A stretch of DNA of 37,351 nucleotides from Macrostomum lignano (GCA_002269645.1 NIVC01004708.1:1-37351); one strand, 5' to 3'. Positions 1 to 13,642 are shown, numbered from the stretch's first letter. The notes: generated by a model from the sequence alone, not told the origin. Numbers and translations are program-made.

Positions 1-849
1 TAGTTTAGCAGATCGGCAGGCCGCTTCCACCCTTAGACTTATAGTGTTGCTTAAGACAGCTTAGATTTAGATATAGAAATTTGCTAGGATCGGGATCAGT
101 TGATTAATTAATTGGGCCGAGGTAGGCGGCGGAGAGTTGAGGCAAGGAGGCCGGATAGCTAAGGGGTTCGCGAGCCTAGAGCGAGAAGCGAAGCAACGAG
201 GGAGGGAAAGAGCGAGCGGCCGCTGACTGCAAGTGTAAGCATACTCGTACACTCAACAACATTAAAAAGTCACCACCTTTGAGAGTGCGCAGTAAATTCC
301 AGCTCAGTATTGACTTTTGAGTGACGCAACTTGCGCCACGCGATGCAAAGTTGGGCTGGGTGAGGAGGGATTAGGAAGAGCGGAGGGCGAATATCGGATT
401 GACTGAAGCTTTCGCCCGGTTTTCATTGTTTTTTTCATTGTTTTTTCAAGTATTTTCAATATCAAAATGGTTGGCCAGGTGATAGACGCTGGTCGAAAGA
501 CACTGCTCACTATGGCAAAGGGTGGCGACTTTTCAATGTTGCTGAGTATATATTTAATTGGTAGGTAAACAGATAACAACAACACCCCTAATCCAAAACC
601 CAGACAAGCCCCCCACGCGCAATGTACATGTACAAATTAATCGATAAAATACTTGGGGATCTTTGGATTTTGAATGGTCAGCGTCGTTGGAAAGGCAGGG
701 CACTGGAATAGCTAGATGTTCAACGGAATTTTTTGGAGCACGGCGGGCAAGCAGGGGTCATGCATAGTTGATGGGATTGTACGCTCGTAAGGTGCGCACC
801 ACTGGAGCTGGGACAGAGTCACTGCTAGGAGGGAACTCAGATGCGTCCA

Positions 850-1150
850 TACAATCCGCTCTCTGTTGAGGCCGAATTTTTTCTGGTTTTTCTGCTTTTC
901 TGTCGTGTGCAGCATGTACTTGACGAGCTCGTGCAGTGGGGCAGGCAGCTGAGGGACTGGCTGGTAGACGGAGGTGCAGATCAGTGAAGGGAGGCGAGGT
1001 CAGTTAGGATGTAGCGATGCGATAACAACTTTGTCTATGGTGGCCTGTTCCGGAGCCGGCCTAGTTTTGAAATGCTATTCAAGCGACCGAGTTTGTGTCA
1101 GCGTCCGATCCAATGTTGTAGAGCAGGACGGTCTCGACTACAGCATATAC
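850..1150 (-). mobile_element. Probable degenerate non-LTR retrotransposon (LINE) fragment, region C-terminal to the RT core
   Basis: Minus strand 1144-1115 reads AVVETVLLYN and, after a frameshift, RTLTQTRSLE. This resembles the 'xVExVLLYxxETWTLT' motif downstream of RT in RTE-like LINEs. Stops and frameshifts surround it. Recognised from memory, not by alignment. Confidence 0.4.
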
Positions 1151-2564
1151 ATGTATCGTCTGATCAGAACAGGTTTGTAATGATGATTAGGTAGGGTCTG
1201 ACTAAGGAACTAGAGCGAAAGTATATGTACGTATATAAGCCCCTGACAAGGCAGGAGCGCCGACGCTGCAGAACGTCGAAAACGATGTGAACCAAAATTG
1301 TACATGATGTATGTACATTACTCGTATAATACGTGTAGATACCTCGACCTCCAGTCGATTTTGATGATTCTGCTGACATCGGTGAAGTTTGGTTGTCGAT
1401 TGCCATGCAGCGTCTGCGTCCGGGATGTTCATCTCAGTATTTACATGTATCACCACGGGTATAACCAGCGCGTTTGAATTCAGCTGTTGCAATTAACTGT
1501 GGCCACCCAAAATTACAGCTATGCGAGATAATCCTTGGTAGATGTTTTTGCGATCGTCTCGTTACAGTAATTTTTTAATACAGTATTACGGTAATTTCTA
1601 TCATTAATTACATCTAAAATTTTAAAATTTTGGTGATTGTTAATTTTTCTGTGCTCTTCCCCTCCGGGATTTATATTCTAAAAGCTTATACCCTGAGAAA
1701 AAATGTATGCAAGAAGAGGCCTCGCACGCGGAAAAGACATTTTTCAACTGTTGATGCCGCCTAATTACTATAATACATATATTATACATGTAAAACTCTT
1801 CAAGTAGCAACTACCAAGTGCATCGATCCCGTCAATTATACTTTATTTTTTTCATGTACTTCACAACTTCATGTACGATTATCGTCTTTTTGTCTGGTAC
1901 CCTAGAGATACAAAATTAGTATTAGAGCAGCACCAAGTCAGTTCCTGCACATTAAAGCAAGTTGCAACATAAAAATAGAAGCGCAGCATGCAGTTTATGT
2001 TGGGTACAGTGCCACTTTGTCGGGAGTAAGGCCTTTAGTTTGTAAGAAGAAAATTTATAATGTTAGTTAAACAATTTTCTGCCTAATTCTTTTAAAATTG
2101 GTTTTATTTAAAAGGTTTTTATAGTTATAACTTTCAACTTTGTTTTACTTAAATAAAACAACTTTTAAATTGCGTTTAAGTTTATAAATATTAAGATTGC
2201 GAGACGTCCAGGACCAGGACCAGTAGTAACATTAGTACGGATTAGGTTCAAAGAAGTAACTTCTCAGGCTTAGTTATATAGATTACATTTACCTTGTCCT
2301 TAAAACCTCTAATATTAGACTAAATTTGCCATGGCTCAAAGTGGCTCGTAAGTATATTTCATTTTGAATACTATGAAATATATTTTTTATATAGAAATCA
2401 TTTGGTAGCAGCCTAAACAATTTTTTGCTGTAAACTGTATTATATTTAAAAGGGGTATTTTTGCAGATGCCAATAAGATGATAGTCTAGTGCAATTAAAA
2501 AATTGGTTGGCATAGGGCCTAGGCCCAAGGGGAACAGGACACCAAGGCTTATTAAGGTGTTTTG

Positions 2565-2931
2565 GCAATGTCCTAGTTTCCCACATTAAATTATTTTGAC
2601 CCAATTTTTGTATTTTTAGCATAGGCCCTAAATCATGGCTGGACGACCTCAAGCGCTTGTAAATAGCCTATTGTACCTCCTGCCAATTTGTGGCCATCGG
2701 GCAATCTCTGTGACCTTGAGATCAGTCACTGCAATCTGGTACTGTTAACAGTTGATGCTGAGTCGACTATGCATTGGCTGGCGACCTATCATCTAATAGC
2801 CAACTCACTCACAGAACTGCAGCCACTGTCAGGAAGGCTGACACTTTCTTTTGAAAAATTGCTCTTGTTTGTTTGGTTTCAAATTTTGGGTCAAAATAGG
2901 CCTAATTTAACATGGGAAAGTAGGACATTGC
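2565..2931. repeat. Imperfect ~50-bp inverted repeat pair (MITE-like remnant)
   Basis: gcaatgtcctagtttcccacattaaattattttgacccaa (from 2565) matches the reverse complement of ttgggtcaaaataggcctaatttaacatgggaaagtaggacattgc (ends 2931) with a 6-nt indel. No clean TSD. Confidence 0.6.
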
Positions 2932-3750
2932 TAGTGTTTTTACTTATTTATATTTAGTTGGATATAGACATAGTTGAAGGCCATAGTCCATTTTATGCTT
3001 AGAGTTACACTAGAAGAAAACTGATGAAATGCATCATTTATACCAGTCTTATGCCATATACTAGGCATAATGCCTAGAGTCTAGATTAAGGAAAGGATTA
3101 TAGGGCAGTTTATACAAATAATTTTTTAATTTAAAAAAGTTTTATATTTCTATTTGTATAGGGCGAAATCCAAAAACGTGGGATAAAACAGTAAAACAAA
3201 TCTGCGGACATTCGATGGAAAGTAATGTATCTAAAAAAGGTTTTTGAAAGATAGATAGGTCTTTAGAAAATAGTTCTGGATAAAAACTATTGTTTTCATG
3301 CTTTATATTGTTGAATAAATAAGAAAAAACCACAAAAAAGCATTTTGAAAGTCCGAGTTGACCAATTTGCATTTTTTTGTTTCACTTTTTTCATTATTAA
3401 ACAATTAATTTTAAAGACTTGTAGGCCTTAGAGAAGGCTAATTTTTTTACTACTTACAAAACAGAAAGTAATCTGTGTTTTACTTTTTATTCAATTCAAA
3501 AAGATGAAGTATTTCTAAGGATTTCAAAGTTTTTCTAAAACCATATAAACTCGCAAAAATTCATACTAATATAAAGTGCAAAGTTTGCCAGCAAACATCT
3601 TTCTCTAAAAGTAAATATATTGCTAATTCCTTGTTGCAAAATAATCTTTAAGTTGTTTTCTTTCATTTAAATATCAACTTGCATAGTATTAGTATTTGTA
3701 TATGCCTATATTTAGACTTAAAAATTTTGGGTAAAAAATGGTACCACAAA

Positions 3751-4282
3751 ATGTGAACCCGGTATCCTAATCAGATGCTTACTGTATGCTCATTAAGCAA
3801 TGAAGAACAATGAAATTACACTAAAACATGTATCATCGCGGCGTGTATGCAGGAAAAAAAAGAATTTTCCAAATCGCTTTAGTAGAAGCTGAGTAAAATG
3901 CAATTTTCCAATCCTTATGGGAATTCCAATGTGTTACCCGGCTTCCAAATCAGATGCTTACTGTATGCTTATTAAGCGACGAAGAACAATGAAATTACAT
4001 TAAAACATGTATCATCGCGGCGTGTATGCAGGAAAAAAAGAATTTTCCAAATCGCTTTAGTAGAAGCTGAGTAAAATGCAATTTTCCAATCCTTATGGGA
4101 ATTCCAATGTGTTACCCGGCTTCCAAATCAGATGCTTACTGTATGCTTATTAAGCGACAAAGAATAATGAAATTACACTAAAACATGTATCATCGCGGCG
4201 TGTATGCAGGAAAAAAAGAATTTTCCAAATCACTTCAGTAGAAGCTGAGTAAAATGCAATTTTCCGATCCTTATGGGAATTT
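3751..4282. repeat. Tandem repeat, ~178-179-bp unit, ~3 copies
   Basis: tcagatgctt recurs at 3771, 3950 and 4128; the intervening sequence is near-identical. Confidence 0.9.
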
Positions 4283-6993
4283 GTATGTTTAAATAATAAA
4301 CTTATGTTGAATACAATTTATTGCAAACGAACTCTATAAAATACACGTTGTCAAGAGTAACAAAAGTGATAAACAAATAAACCCTTGAAAATAATGTTAA
4401 ATATGTTGTAGAATTATAAAGTGTAACATTATAAGATAGTTAAAGCTAATAAAATACATTATTATAGCTTTTCTATCATTTTCATTAGACTCATTTTAGG
4501 TTGTAATTAAACTTACCATTTTAACAAATCATTTTATTAAAAATAAAGCTATACAAAAATAATTTGTGCTTTAATAGACTTTTTTACTTTTTAAAAACTT
4601 GAATAAATTTATTTTATTGCTTTATTGCTTTCAAATTGCCAAAAAACGAATTTTCATAAAACTTGCCCCCGATTTTTGGATTTCCCCATAGGAATAGGCC
4701 TATTATAATAGCCCAATTATAGTTATAAATTTATCAATTTATATATATAAGTATTAAACAGATAAAAATGTGAAAGTATTTATGCTATAGCATAATTTCT
4801 AGGTTTTAAACTTTGTTTTACTTTTTACAAATGATAGTCCTAGGCCTAAAATATATCTATATTTAGTCATTTAATTTTTTTGTTTTCTTTAAATACAAAA
4901 AATTACATGATCATTGAACACTACACCATAAGATCAAACATCTTTTTTTAAATTTTTATTAAAATATTTTTTCATTTAAATTTGTCTTAATTTTCTAAAA
5001 ACTAAGTTATGATCATATTATTCAAGAAATCAATACTAAAATAGATAATCATATTTTATAATATTGATCAAAACAACATATAGCATGGTTGATAGATTTG
5101 ATCTTTATCTAATTAAGACTTCTTAATATATATTCTAAGTGCTACCTATAGTTTTATGGATATGCCATTTGCATAGAAATATTTTTTGGCTATTGTGGAA
5201 GTTGCACAGAGTGTATAGCCAATAGTTATGCTTTTTACATAGGGGCCCATAAGGCATTGTGACAATAAAGGACATTTTTGATGTTGCAACAAATGTAAAA
5301 AACTTTTTTAAATAAGCATAATAAAAAGTCTATTATTGGACAAAATTTTATTTTTTCTCTTATATTAATTCATTTTAATAAAATTTGTCACACTTTTTTC
5401 TTTCAAACAAAAAATATCTTTGCTAATTTAGTTTTTGACTTTCAATTTGCTATACGCACTAACTGCTTGACTATATGTCAATAAAAAAGGCTCTATGTTG
5501 CAGTTTGTGTTTGTAGTACAAATTTTTTAAAGCTTGTGTGCCTGGGAATTTTCACCAAAAAAGGCCTTCACAAGACTATGAAGTGCAGCCTTATATATAT
5601 AAAATATAGCAAATATATTTAAATCAATTGGATTTTTCTGAAATAAAAATTGTTAATTTAACAAAATAGATATTACTTTTATTCCAAAAATAAAATGTTT
5701 TATAAAGTATTTATATTTGTTATTAGTGACTTTATTGCTATTTGTTTTAATCTAAACTATATTCAAAATTGCTAAATTAGAATCTTTAAACTTGAAAAAT
5801 GCAAAAAGATCAAGGCTTATAAGAAGAATACTGTCTCTTAAAAATTCTAAGATGTTAAGTCTTATAGGATGAATTATTAGGATATCAAAGCTCATAGATA
5901 GATCACTAAAATGCTATAGTTTTTCAGCCTCACTTTGGAAGGTTATATATATGCTAGAAATTTCTGGCTTACTAGTAGATATTTCAATTGTTTTGGCATA
6001 CCACTTTTGTACCAACCTTTACTTACTAAAACTTCAAAACTTTGACAAATATAAAGTTATATACACATTGCAAAAAGTAAAAATTAAAAAGTACATGTGC
6101 TACTAGAGTTTCATAGAACTGAAATTTTATTAACAAAACAAATAGTAGTTCTTGGTAGCAATAAATTTTCTATAAGTAAGGTGTGTTAGAAAATTATTGT
6201 TATAATATTTCTTCAGAAAAAATGAAACAAGTTTCTTCAATCACATTTTTCTTAAAGAACTTTGCAACTATAAGAAAGGTCCTTTATTTTTCAATTGCAG
6301 AAAAGTCCTTTATTGTCAATATTTTTCCAATGAAAGTCAAATCTTGCATGTAGTTTAGTAAAGAAATTATTCCTTTCTTTGTTGCCTCCCTAATAGGCAG
6401 CATAAATTGCTAGCAATCAGTGCCCCTGTTAGGGAGCTAACAAAGAATGGAATATAATTTTTAATAGCTTCTGACCTCAGCCTTGGCATCTCAGCAATTC
6501 TTCCAAAGAGTCACAGAATATTAGCAACTCCCCCAAGCCTTGACATTGTAGCAATTCCCAAATAGATCTTTTGTTTGACATGGCACTTTTTTATATTTGT
6601 GTAGAGCCTATCTATGTGATATTTATAAGGGAAAATGTACTTCATTTCCTCTAAGTCAGGGAAGAAAGTAAATATTAGTTTGTTATAAGGTATGTATATA
6701 ATGCTATGATGTAGTGTTTTTGCCTTTGCCTCTCTTTTTCCTAAAGTATATTTCCATAAATATCAAATTTTTGAGTTATAATATTAACTATATTAATTAC
6801 AATCAAGGTATATATACATTTAGTAATAATTTGATTTAGATTAATTACAATAATAAAATGTCTTAGTAGCTATTGAATATTTATTTTATGAGTATGATTC
6901 ATGTCATTCATACACAGCAATGTAGTGTATTCTTATAATATTCGATGTTATGCATCATATTTCATTGAAATTTTCCACCCAACTTATTCACAG

Positions 6994-9900
6994 GCCACCT
7001 GGCAGGAAAGACTACAGAAAAAATATGCTGAGCATGATCTCCCCAGCTCGGGCAGACATGTTCCAGGATGGTAAGCGAATCTGGCCTAATTAATTGCTTG
7101 ATTACTGAACTCAATCTACCTGCTTATATTTCTGCAATGCTGAACAGACTAATTAATGACTGATAATGCAATTTCATAGTGGCTATGAGATGAAACTCTG
7201 CTGTATGGGGGATTATTGCTCTAGTATTAAGCAAATAGTTTGCCATCTTTTACTCCCTAACAATGGCTACGGCTTTCCCCATTCTTTTTTCATTCCCTAG
7301 CAACTCGCCAGCCGCCCTGAGCCCCCGCCCCAAGCCCAGAAAACATGGGCCGGTGGCGTCTCGGTGCTCAGAGACTGCCAGTCCAGCGCTGACAAATTTT
7401 TGAGGTTTGTTTGCTGTGTGTTTTTTCAACTATGAAAATTTCCAGAGCAGACATCAAATCAGCAATGCTTTGTGTTTCTTTTCTCTTCTTTTTCAAGCGG
7501 AGAGAGAGAGAGAGATGGAGCTGGAGTGCCAATCAGCTGCTGACTGTTCGCTCAGCTCTGCAACAGCGACTGCGGGTTAGCTTGAACTCGAAATTATTGA
7601 GCCCGAAGAATTGTGTGCTTTTTGGATTATGGGGATGGTACCTAAGAGTTAACTCATCATCATAGCCACTAAAATGTGAATTGCATCCTGAAGTATCCGT
7701 TTTAGCCATTGGCCGCTCGTCTACATTTGGCTCCGCGGTGTCGGCCCTGCCGGAGTGCACCAGAGTGTCTTTATCGGCTGCAACCAGTTTTTAGGCTCTA
7801 AAGTTATTAAATTGAATTTGCTAAATTCTACTGTAGCTGAGAAGAAGCTTAACAATTTTGTGCAAATGGTAAACTACAATAACTAGGTATTTTCAAGTCA
7901 GCATTAAAATGAGTTAGTCTATATGTATTTACGAACGTAATTGTTAAATGTTTTTTACAATCTGTTTACTAAATTTCTCTTCCCCCCTCTGCTCCCCTTT
8001 CCCTTCCGCCCCCGAAACTCAACATTGTCCAAAATTTACAGGCGGCAAAACGCCGGACAACAGCCTGCAGACGTATCGAGACATAATGCAGTCACAGGCG
8101 CTGACCAGGCAACAGGCCGAGCTGCGTCAGCAAATGGCGGAGAAGTTCAAGGCTGGCGAGCTGCGCACAGTGATGCCGCAGCAGCAGGAGGCTGCGCCGG
8201 CCAAGAAACGCGGTCGGTGGGACGTCCCGGCCGAGAGCGGAGACACTCCGCAGGCCAAGAAGGTAGATTTTTGTATTTCAGTATGGTTGCTAGGGTGTTT
8301 ATGGGTTTAGTTGTTAGGTGTCTGCAGTGGTTGCTAAGGTGTTTATGGGTTTGGTTGTTAGGTGTCTGCAGTGGTTGCTAGGGTGTTTATGGGTTTGGTT
8401 GTTAGGTGTCTGTGGTGGTTGCTAGGGTGTTTATGGGTTTGGTTTTTAGGTGTCTGTGGTGGTTGCTAGGGTGTTTATGGGTTTGGTTTTTAGGTGTCTG
8501 CGTGCGGTGGTTGCTAGGGTGTTTATGGGTTTGGTTGTTAGGTGTCTGCGGTGGTTGCTAGGGTGTTTATGGGTTGGGTTGTTAGGTGTCTGCGGTGGTT
8601 GCTAAGGTGTTTATGGGTTTGGTTGCTAGGTGTTCAGGGATTGGTTGCTAGGTGTTCAGGGATTGGTTGCTAGGTGCCTGGGCTGGTTGCTAGGTGGCAC
8701 TTTTTACACTAAAGTTTGATCATAAGATATTAAGCTCATGTCAGATAAATGACATAAACGCTAACATGTAATTCTTCCAGACCGGCTTCGAGGCGGATGC
8801 CGGCACCCCGTCGGCCATGTCGGCCAGCGGCTCCGCCACCCCGTCGGCCAGCGTGCGTCAGTGGGCGGAGACGCCCGGCCGCATCAGCGGCGGCGACGCC
8901 ACGCCTGCACCGGGGCAATTCAACGAGCGGCAGTGGGCGGAGACGCCCGTACATATGTCAACTCGGGGTGAAACGCCCGGCCACTTCGACGCCACGCCGT
9001 CAGCTACAACACCAATGGGCCGGCGAAATAGATGGGACGAAGCGACTCCCGGTGGCTGGGGCGAGACGCCGCGCGCGGACCGGACCGCCGCCGACCTGAT
9101 TCAGGAGACGCCGCAGACTGGCAAGCGGCGCTCGCGTTGGGACGAGACGCCCGGCGAGACGCCGTCAAATGTCGCCGACGCAACGCCGAGCGTAGCAACG
9201 CCGGCGTCGGCCACGCCGAGCGGTTTTACACCTGGCGGGGTCATGACCCCAAGCGGGGTGACTCCGATGGGCGTGAAGGCAATGGAGATGGCCACGCCCA
9301 GTGCAGCAGTTGCAGCCGCCGCCATGACCCCGGAGCAGCTGCAGCTATTCTCCGCGCAGAAGGAGCTGGATGACCGCAACCGGCCGCTCTCTGACGAAGA
9401 TCTGGATGCCATGCTACCCGAAGGCTACAAGGTGCTGGCTCCGCCGGCTGGTTATGTGCCGCTGCGAACGCCGCGTCGTTTGACTGCAACGCCGACTCCG
9501 CTGACGACGCCCGGTGGCTTCAAGATGGCCACGCCGGATGTTCGGACGTCTACGGGCACAGCCTTGGCGGATATGCAGCCTAAAGGCACCAATCTGCCAA
9601 TGCTGAAGCCCGACGATATGCAGTACTTCGACAAGCTGCTCACCGATGTTGACGAGGACAGCCTGTCGGCCGATGAGCTGCGGGAGCGTCGTATTATGAC
9701 TCTGCTGTTGAAGATCAAAAACGGCACGCCACCGATGCGCAAATCCGCGCTCCGCCAGATCACCGAGAAGTCCAGAGAGTTCGGTGCCGGCCCGCTCTTC
9801 AATCAGATCCTGCCGCTGTTGATGTCGCCGACACTGGAGGATCAGGAGCGCCACCTGCTTGTGAAAGTGATTGACCGGGTGCTCTACAAGCTGGACGATT

Positions 9901-12408
9901 TGGTGCGGCCGTTCGTCCACAAAATCCTGGTAGTGATTGAGCCGCTGCTCATCGATGAAGACTATTATGCTCGCGTAGAAGGCCGCGAGATTATTTCTAA
10001 CCTGGCCAAAGCGGCCGGCCTGGCAACCATGATCACCACAATGCGTCCGGATCTGGAGAACATGGACGAATACGTGCGTAACACCACGGCCAGAGCTTTC
10101 GCTGTGGTGGCCTCAGCGCTAGGCATTCCCAGTCTGCTATTGTTTCTCAAGGCCGTGTGCAAGTCGAAGCGTAGCTGGCAGGCCAGGCACACTGGTATCA
10201 AAATAGTGCAACAGATTGCCATCCTGATGGGCTGCGCTGTGCTGCCGCATCTGCGCTCTCTGGTTGAAATTATCGAACTGGGCCTGGTTGACGAGCAGCA
10301 GAAGGTGCGAACTATCACCGCTCTGGCTCTGGCAGCTCTGGCCGAGTCCGCCACGCCCTACGGCATTGAGTCGTTTGATACCGTGCTCAAACCGCTATGG
10401 AAAGGCATCCGTACCCACCGAGGCAAAGGTCTGGCCGCTTTTCTCAAAGCCATTGGCTACCTCATTCCCTTAATGGACGCCGAGTACGCCAATTATTATA
10501 CTCGCGAGGTTATGCTCATCTTAATCCGCGAGTTCCAGTCGCCTGACGAAGAGATGAAGAAAATTGTGCTCAAAGTAGTGAAACAGTGCTGCTCCACCGA
10601 GGGTGTTGAGCCGGCTTACATCAAGAAAGACATTTTGCCGTCATTTTTCAAGCACTTCTGGACCCAGAAGATGGCCTCGGACAGGCGGAACTACCGCCAA
10701 TTGGTGGACACCACAGTCGAGATTGCCAACAAAGTTGGTTCGGCAGAGATTCTCAATCGAATTGTGGACGATCTCAAAGAGCCATCTGAGCAGTATCGCA
10801 AAATGGTCATGGATACGGTTGAGAAGGTGCTCAACAATCTGGGTGCCACTGAGGTTGACTCGCGTCTCGAAGAACAGCTAGTCGATGGCGTAATGTTCGC
10901 CTTCTCGGAGCAGACAAACGAGGACGCTGTGATGCTGAACGGCTTCGGCACCCTGGTGAACGCTCTGGGTAAGCGGGTGAAGCCCTACCTGCCCCAGATC
11001 TGCGGCAACATTCTCTGGCGCCTGAACAACAAGTCGGCCAAAGTGCGCCAACAGGTGGCCGATCTCATTAGCCGCATAGCTGGCGTTATGAAAGCCTGCC
11101 AGGAGGAGCGCTTGATGGGCCATCTTGGCGTTGTGCTGTACGAGTACCTCGGCGAGGAGTACCCGGAGGTCCTAGGCTCGATTCTAGGCGCATTGAAAGC
11201 CATCGTGAATGTCATCGGGATGAACAAGATGACGCCGCCAATCAAGGATCTGCTTCCTAGGCTGACGCCTATTCTAAAGAACCGGCACGAGAAAGTGCAG
11301 GAGAACTGCATCGACCTGGTTGGCCGCATCGCCGACCGCGGCTCCGAGTTCGTCAGCGTCAAGGAGTGGATGCGCATCTGCTTCGAGCTGCTCGAATTGC
11401 TCAAGGCGCACAAGAAGAGTATCAGACGGGCCACAGTTAACACGTTCGGCTACATTGCCAAAGCTATTGGTCCGCATGATGTGCTGGCAACTCTGCTCAA
11501 TAATCTCAAGGTGAGGCCGATATTGCTTGCTTACCGAGACACTTTGTACTTGAATATTATGTAGCTCGAGGCCTACGACTACTCAATTCCTGTAGCTAAT
11601 ACTCGTATATGTTAAATCATACCATTAAGTTTTCTTTTCTTGGAGTGTCCCCGTTTTTTGTTGTCTTCTAGCTACTTAATAAGTAGTAAGTTGATAAAAT
11701 ATGGTTTTTTTCTGAGTAGTTGAGAATCGCCATCTTTAAATCTCGTCTTAAAACAGAATCAAAGAATCGCTGTTTCAACCCCATCCAACCCATCCGCAGG
11801 TGCAAGAACGCCAGAACCGTGTCTGCACAACAGTGGCCATCGCTATTGTCGCTGAGAACTGCTCGCCGTTCACCGTATTGCCTGGCCTAATGAACGAGTA
11901 CCGCGTACCTGAGCTCAACGTTCAAAACGGTGTACTGAAATCGCTTTCATTCATGTTTGAATACATCGGCGAGATGGGCAAGGACTACGTTTACGCGGTG
12001 GTCCCTCTGCTGGAGGACGCCCTGATGGACAGGGACCTCGTGCACAGGCAGACAGCCATGTTTACCATCGGCCACATGGCTCTGGGTGTGTACGGTTTCG
12101 GCTGCGAGGACGCGCTCACTCACCTGCTTAATTTTGCCTGGCCAAACGTGTTTGAAACATCGCCGCACGTTGTGCAAGCATTCATGTCCGTTGTTGAAGG
12201 CTGCCGGGTCAGCCTGGGCCACACCCGGGTGCTGCAGTACTGCCTGGCTGGCCTGTTCCATCCGGCTAGGAAGGTGCGCGACATGATGTGGAAGGTGTAC
12301 AACACAGTATACATTGGCAATCCCGACTGTTTGGTCAGCGGCTATCCCAGCGTACCAGACGACGATAAGAACAGTTATAAGCGGCACGAACTCTTTTATG
12401 TCCTCTAA
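6994..12408 (+). CDS. SF3B1: Splicing factor 3B subunit 1 (SF3b155), 5'-partial, spliced
   Basis: Exons 6994-7070 (..[12 protein letters not shown]), 8042-8262 (GGKTPD..KRGRWD), 8781-11510 and 11800-12408 (TAA). All have GT..AG boundaries with matching phases. The protein has RWDETP motifs, TP repeats, the [18 protein letters not shown] p14-binding region and near-invariant HEAT repeats ([48 protein letters not shown]). Roughly the first 100 residues were not found. Confidence 0.98.
8281..8696. repeat. G/T-rich ~44-bp minisatellite in SF3B1 intron, ~8 copies, degenerating to shorter units
   Basis: Unit gtggttgctagggtgtttatgggtttggttgttaggtgtctgc(a/g), starting just after the 8263 donor. Confidence 0.9.
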
Positions 12409-12540
12409 CAATTATTATTATGTTACAACTAATGGTAGAAAAACTACTTGGAGTAGGGGTGTGAGAAAAACGTTGCTGATTGTATTTTATGTATTTAGTG
12501 GCAAAAAAATGTTTTAGTTCACCCTGTTCCTCATGCTGTC

Positions 12541-13609
12541 CAGTTTAATAAATTTTCCTTTAAAAACCCGTTGATCACTACTAGTGCCCGATATTTATCG
12601 CCTCCTAAAGTTGAAATGTTTTTATCAATTAAGCATCATTGCTATCCAGTTTAATAAATTTTCCTTTAAAAACCCGTTGATCACTACTAGTGCCCGATAT
12701 TTATCGCCTCCTAAAGTTGAAATGTTTTTATCAATTAAGCATCATTGCTATCCAGTTTAATAAATTTTCCTTTAAAAACCCGTTGATCACTACTAGTGCC
12801 CGATATTTATCGCCTCCTAAAGTTGAAATGTTTTTATCAATTAAGCATCATTGCTATCCAGTTTAATAAATTTTCCTTTAAAAACCCGTTGATCACTACT
12901 AGTGCCCGATATTTATCGCCTCCTAAAGTTGAAATGTTTTTATCAATTAAGCATCATTGCTATCCAGTTTAATAAATTTTCCTTTAAAAACCCGTTGATC
13001 ACTACTAGTGCCCGATATTTATCGCCTCCTAAAGTTGAAATGTTTTTATCAATTAAGCATCATTGCTATCCAGTTTAATAAATTTTCCTTTAAAAACCCG
13101 TTGATCACTACTAGTGCCCGATATTTATCGCCTCCTAAAGTTGAAATGTTTTTATCAATTAAGCATCATTGCTATCCAGTTTAATAAATTTTCCTTTAAA
13201 AACCCGTTGATCACTACTAGTGCCCGATATTTATCGCCTCCTAAAGTTGAAATGTTTTTATCAATTAAGCATCATTGCTATCCAGTTTAATAAATTTTCC
13301 TTTAAAAACCCGTTGATCACTACTAGTGCCCGATATTTATCGCCTCCTAAAGTTGAAATGTTTTTATCAATTAAGCATCATTGCTATCCAGTTTAATAAA
13401 TTTTCCTTTAAAAACCCGTTGATCACTACTAGTGCCCGATATTTATCGCCTCCTAAAGTTGAAATGTTTTTATCAATTAAGCATCATTGCTATCCAGATT
13501 AATAAATTTTCCTTTAAAAACCCGTTGATCACTACTAGTGCCCGATATTTATCGCCTCCTAAAGTTGAAATGTTTTTATCAATTAAGCATCATTGCTATC
13601 CAGATTAAT
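12541..13609. repeat. Tandem array, 106-bp unit x10, near-identical
   Basis: Unit starts (cagtttaataaa/cagattaataaa) at 12541, 12647, 12753 ... 13495, with a terminal partial unit at 13601. Period is exactly 106. Confidence 0.97.
12547..12552 (+). promoter_or_regulatory. Putative SF3B1 polyadenylation signal (first of 10 tandem copies)
   Basis: First AATAAA about 140 nt after the SF3B1 stop codon, inside unit 1 of the 106-bp array. Confidence 0.55.
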
Positions 13610-13642
13610 ATTACGTCGTATATTATTAAGGCATCTGTAAAC

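Noticed and set aside
340-410. KVGLGEEG peptide resembling the SF3B1 N-terminal 'VGL' motif
   Set aside because: Similarity is only a few residues, an in-frame stop follows, and there are no suitable splice sites.
9900-11460. Possible unusual substitutions at SF3B1 cancer-hotspot or splicing-modulator-binding residues
   Set aside because: Equivalents of R625, H662, K666, K700 and K1071/R1074/V1078 all appear conserved ([31 protein letters not shown]).
9004-12411. Numerous antisense and off-frame ORFs over SF3B1 (likewise over MORN1 and SYT4 exons)
   Set aside because: Expected by-products of GC-rich coding sequence with biased codon usage.
12541-13609. Regular repeats superficially like a CRISPR array
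   Set aside because: Units are identical head to tail with no unique spacers, no cas genes are present, and the context is eukaryotic.
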